27,750 nt of DNA, from positions 1-27,750 of the IMG/VR virus record IMGVR_UViG_3300010362_000087; one strand, given 5' to 3'. The notes below the pieces were generated by a model. The model did not search any database and had not been told where the DNA came from. It worked only from the letters and a program-made list of their open reading frames with translations. How positions within the stretch are numbered: the first letter of the stretch is position 1; every line of letters starts with the position of its first letter. The position numbers were made by a program, and so were the translations under genes. This stretch comes from a virus. Its lineage: Duplodnaviria > Caudoviricetes. Positions 27,398-27,750 of this stretch are shown here, one piece after another.

Positions 27398-27750
27398 ATG
27401 GCCAGTATTTTTTGGAGTCTGCCGGGGTGGCTGGCCCAGGACCGGGTCCAGGGGGACTGGTGGGCTCTCGATCCTGTAGTGCCGCCCGTGGACGAGCCCG
27501 TCACGATCATGGACGTGAAGGTCCAGGCCAGGGTGGATTTATCGACCCGCGACGATGTGAGCATTGCTGGATTCCTGGTCGCGGCCAGGATGATGGTGGA
27601 GAAGCTCACTAATAGGTCGTTGCTGCCGCAAACGTGGTCGTTGAGCCTTCAGCAATGGCCGACGGACAGGATCTTGCTTCCCCGGGCTCCGCTGCGGGGG
27701 GTGGATGAAGTCGCCTGGACGAACATCAACGAGGAGTCCTTCCCGATGGA
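27398..27750 (+). CDS. head-tail connector protein (phiE125 gp8 / HK97 gp6-like), 3' truncated by window
   Basis: Manual translation: ...PPVDEPVTIMDVKVQARVD...DD..I...L.AAR.MVEKLTNRSLLPQTWSLSL..WP...I.LPRAPL..V. Confidence 0.88.
   Translation, partial: MASIFWSLPGWLAQDRVQGDWWALDPVVPPVDEPVTIMDVKVQARVDLSTRDDVSIAGFLVAARMMVEKLTNRSLLPQTWSLSLQQWPTDRILLPRAPLRGVDEVAWTNINEESFPM

Overview
The window is a segment of a tailed (Caudoviricetes) phage or prophage with an HK97-type head module. Positions 1-5.7 kb are an accessory/early region of small genes on both strands. It includes an unlisted 51-aa Zn-ribbon gene, a frameshifted DUF4160-like gene, and a minus-strand operon of XRE-HTH, SLOG-fold protein, two small ORFs and a DarG/TARG1-like macrodomain protein. 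A divergent promoter region at ~5.7-5.95 kb opens a long plus-strand late operon. Its order is: hypothetical, HNH nuclease, beta-sandwich fibre adaptor, Pro/Trp repeat protein, 3438-aa collagen-plus-modular fibre, putative fibre chaperone, TerS, TerL, small membrane protein, portal, extended prohead protease, small ORF, major capsid, putative decoration protein, two small head-associated proteins and a head-tail connector cut by the window end. The most unusual points are: (1) the 12-kb fibre cassette between HNH and TerS; (2) the Pro/Trp repeat gene flanked by TCAAC...GTTGA palindromes; (3) a 47-bp site at 806-852 that is the joined ends of the gene at 2674-2910; (4) a 13-bp duplication switching off the DUF4160-like gene; (5) patchy G/C skew inversions inside genes. 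No integrase, lysis genes, tRNA, CRISPR array or reverse transcriptase were recognised. All family calls are from motif recognition by eye; no searches were run.
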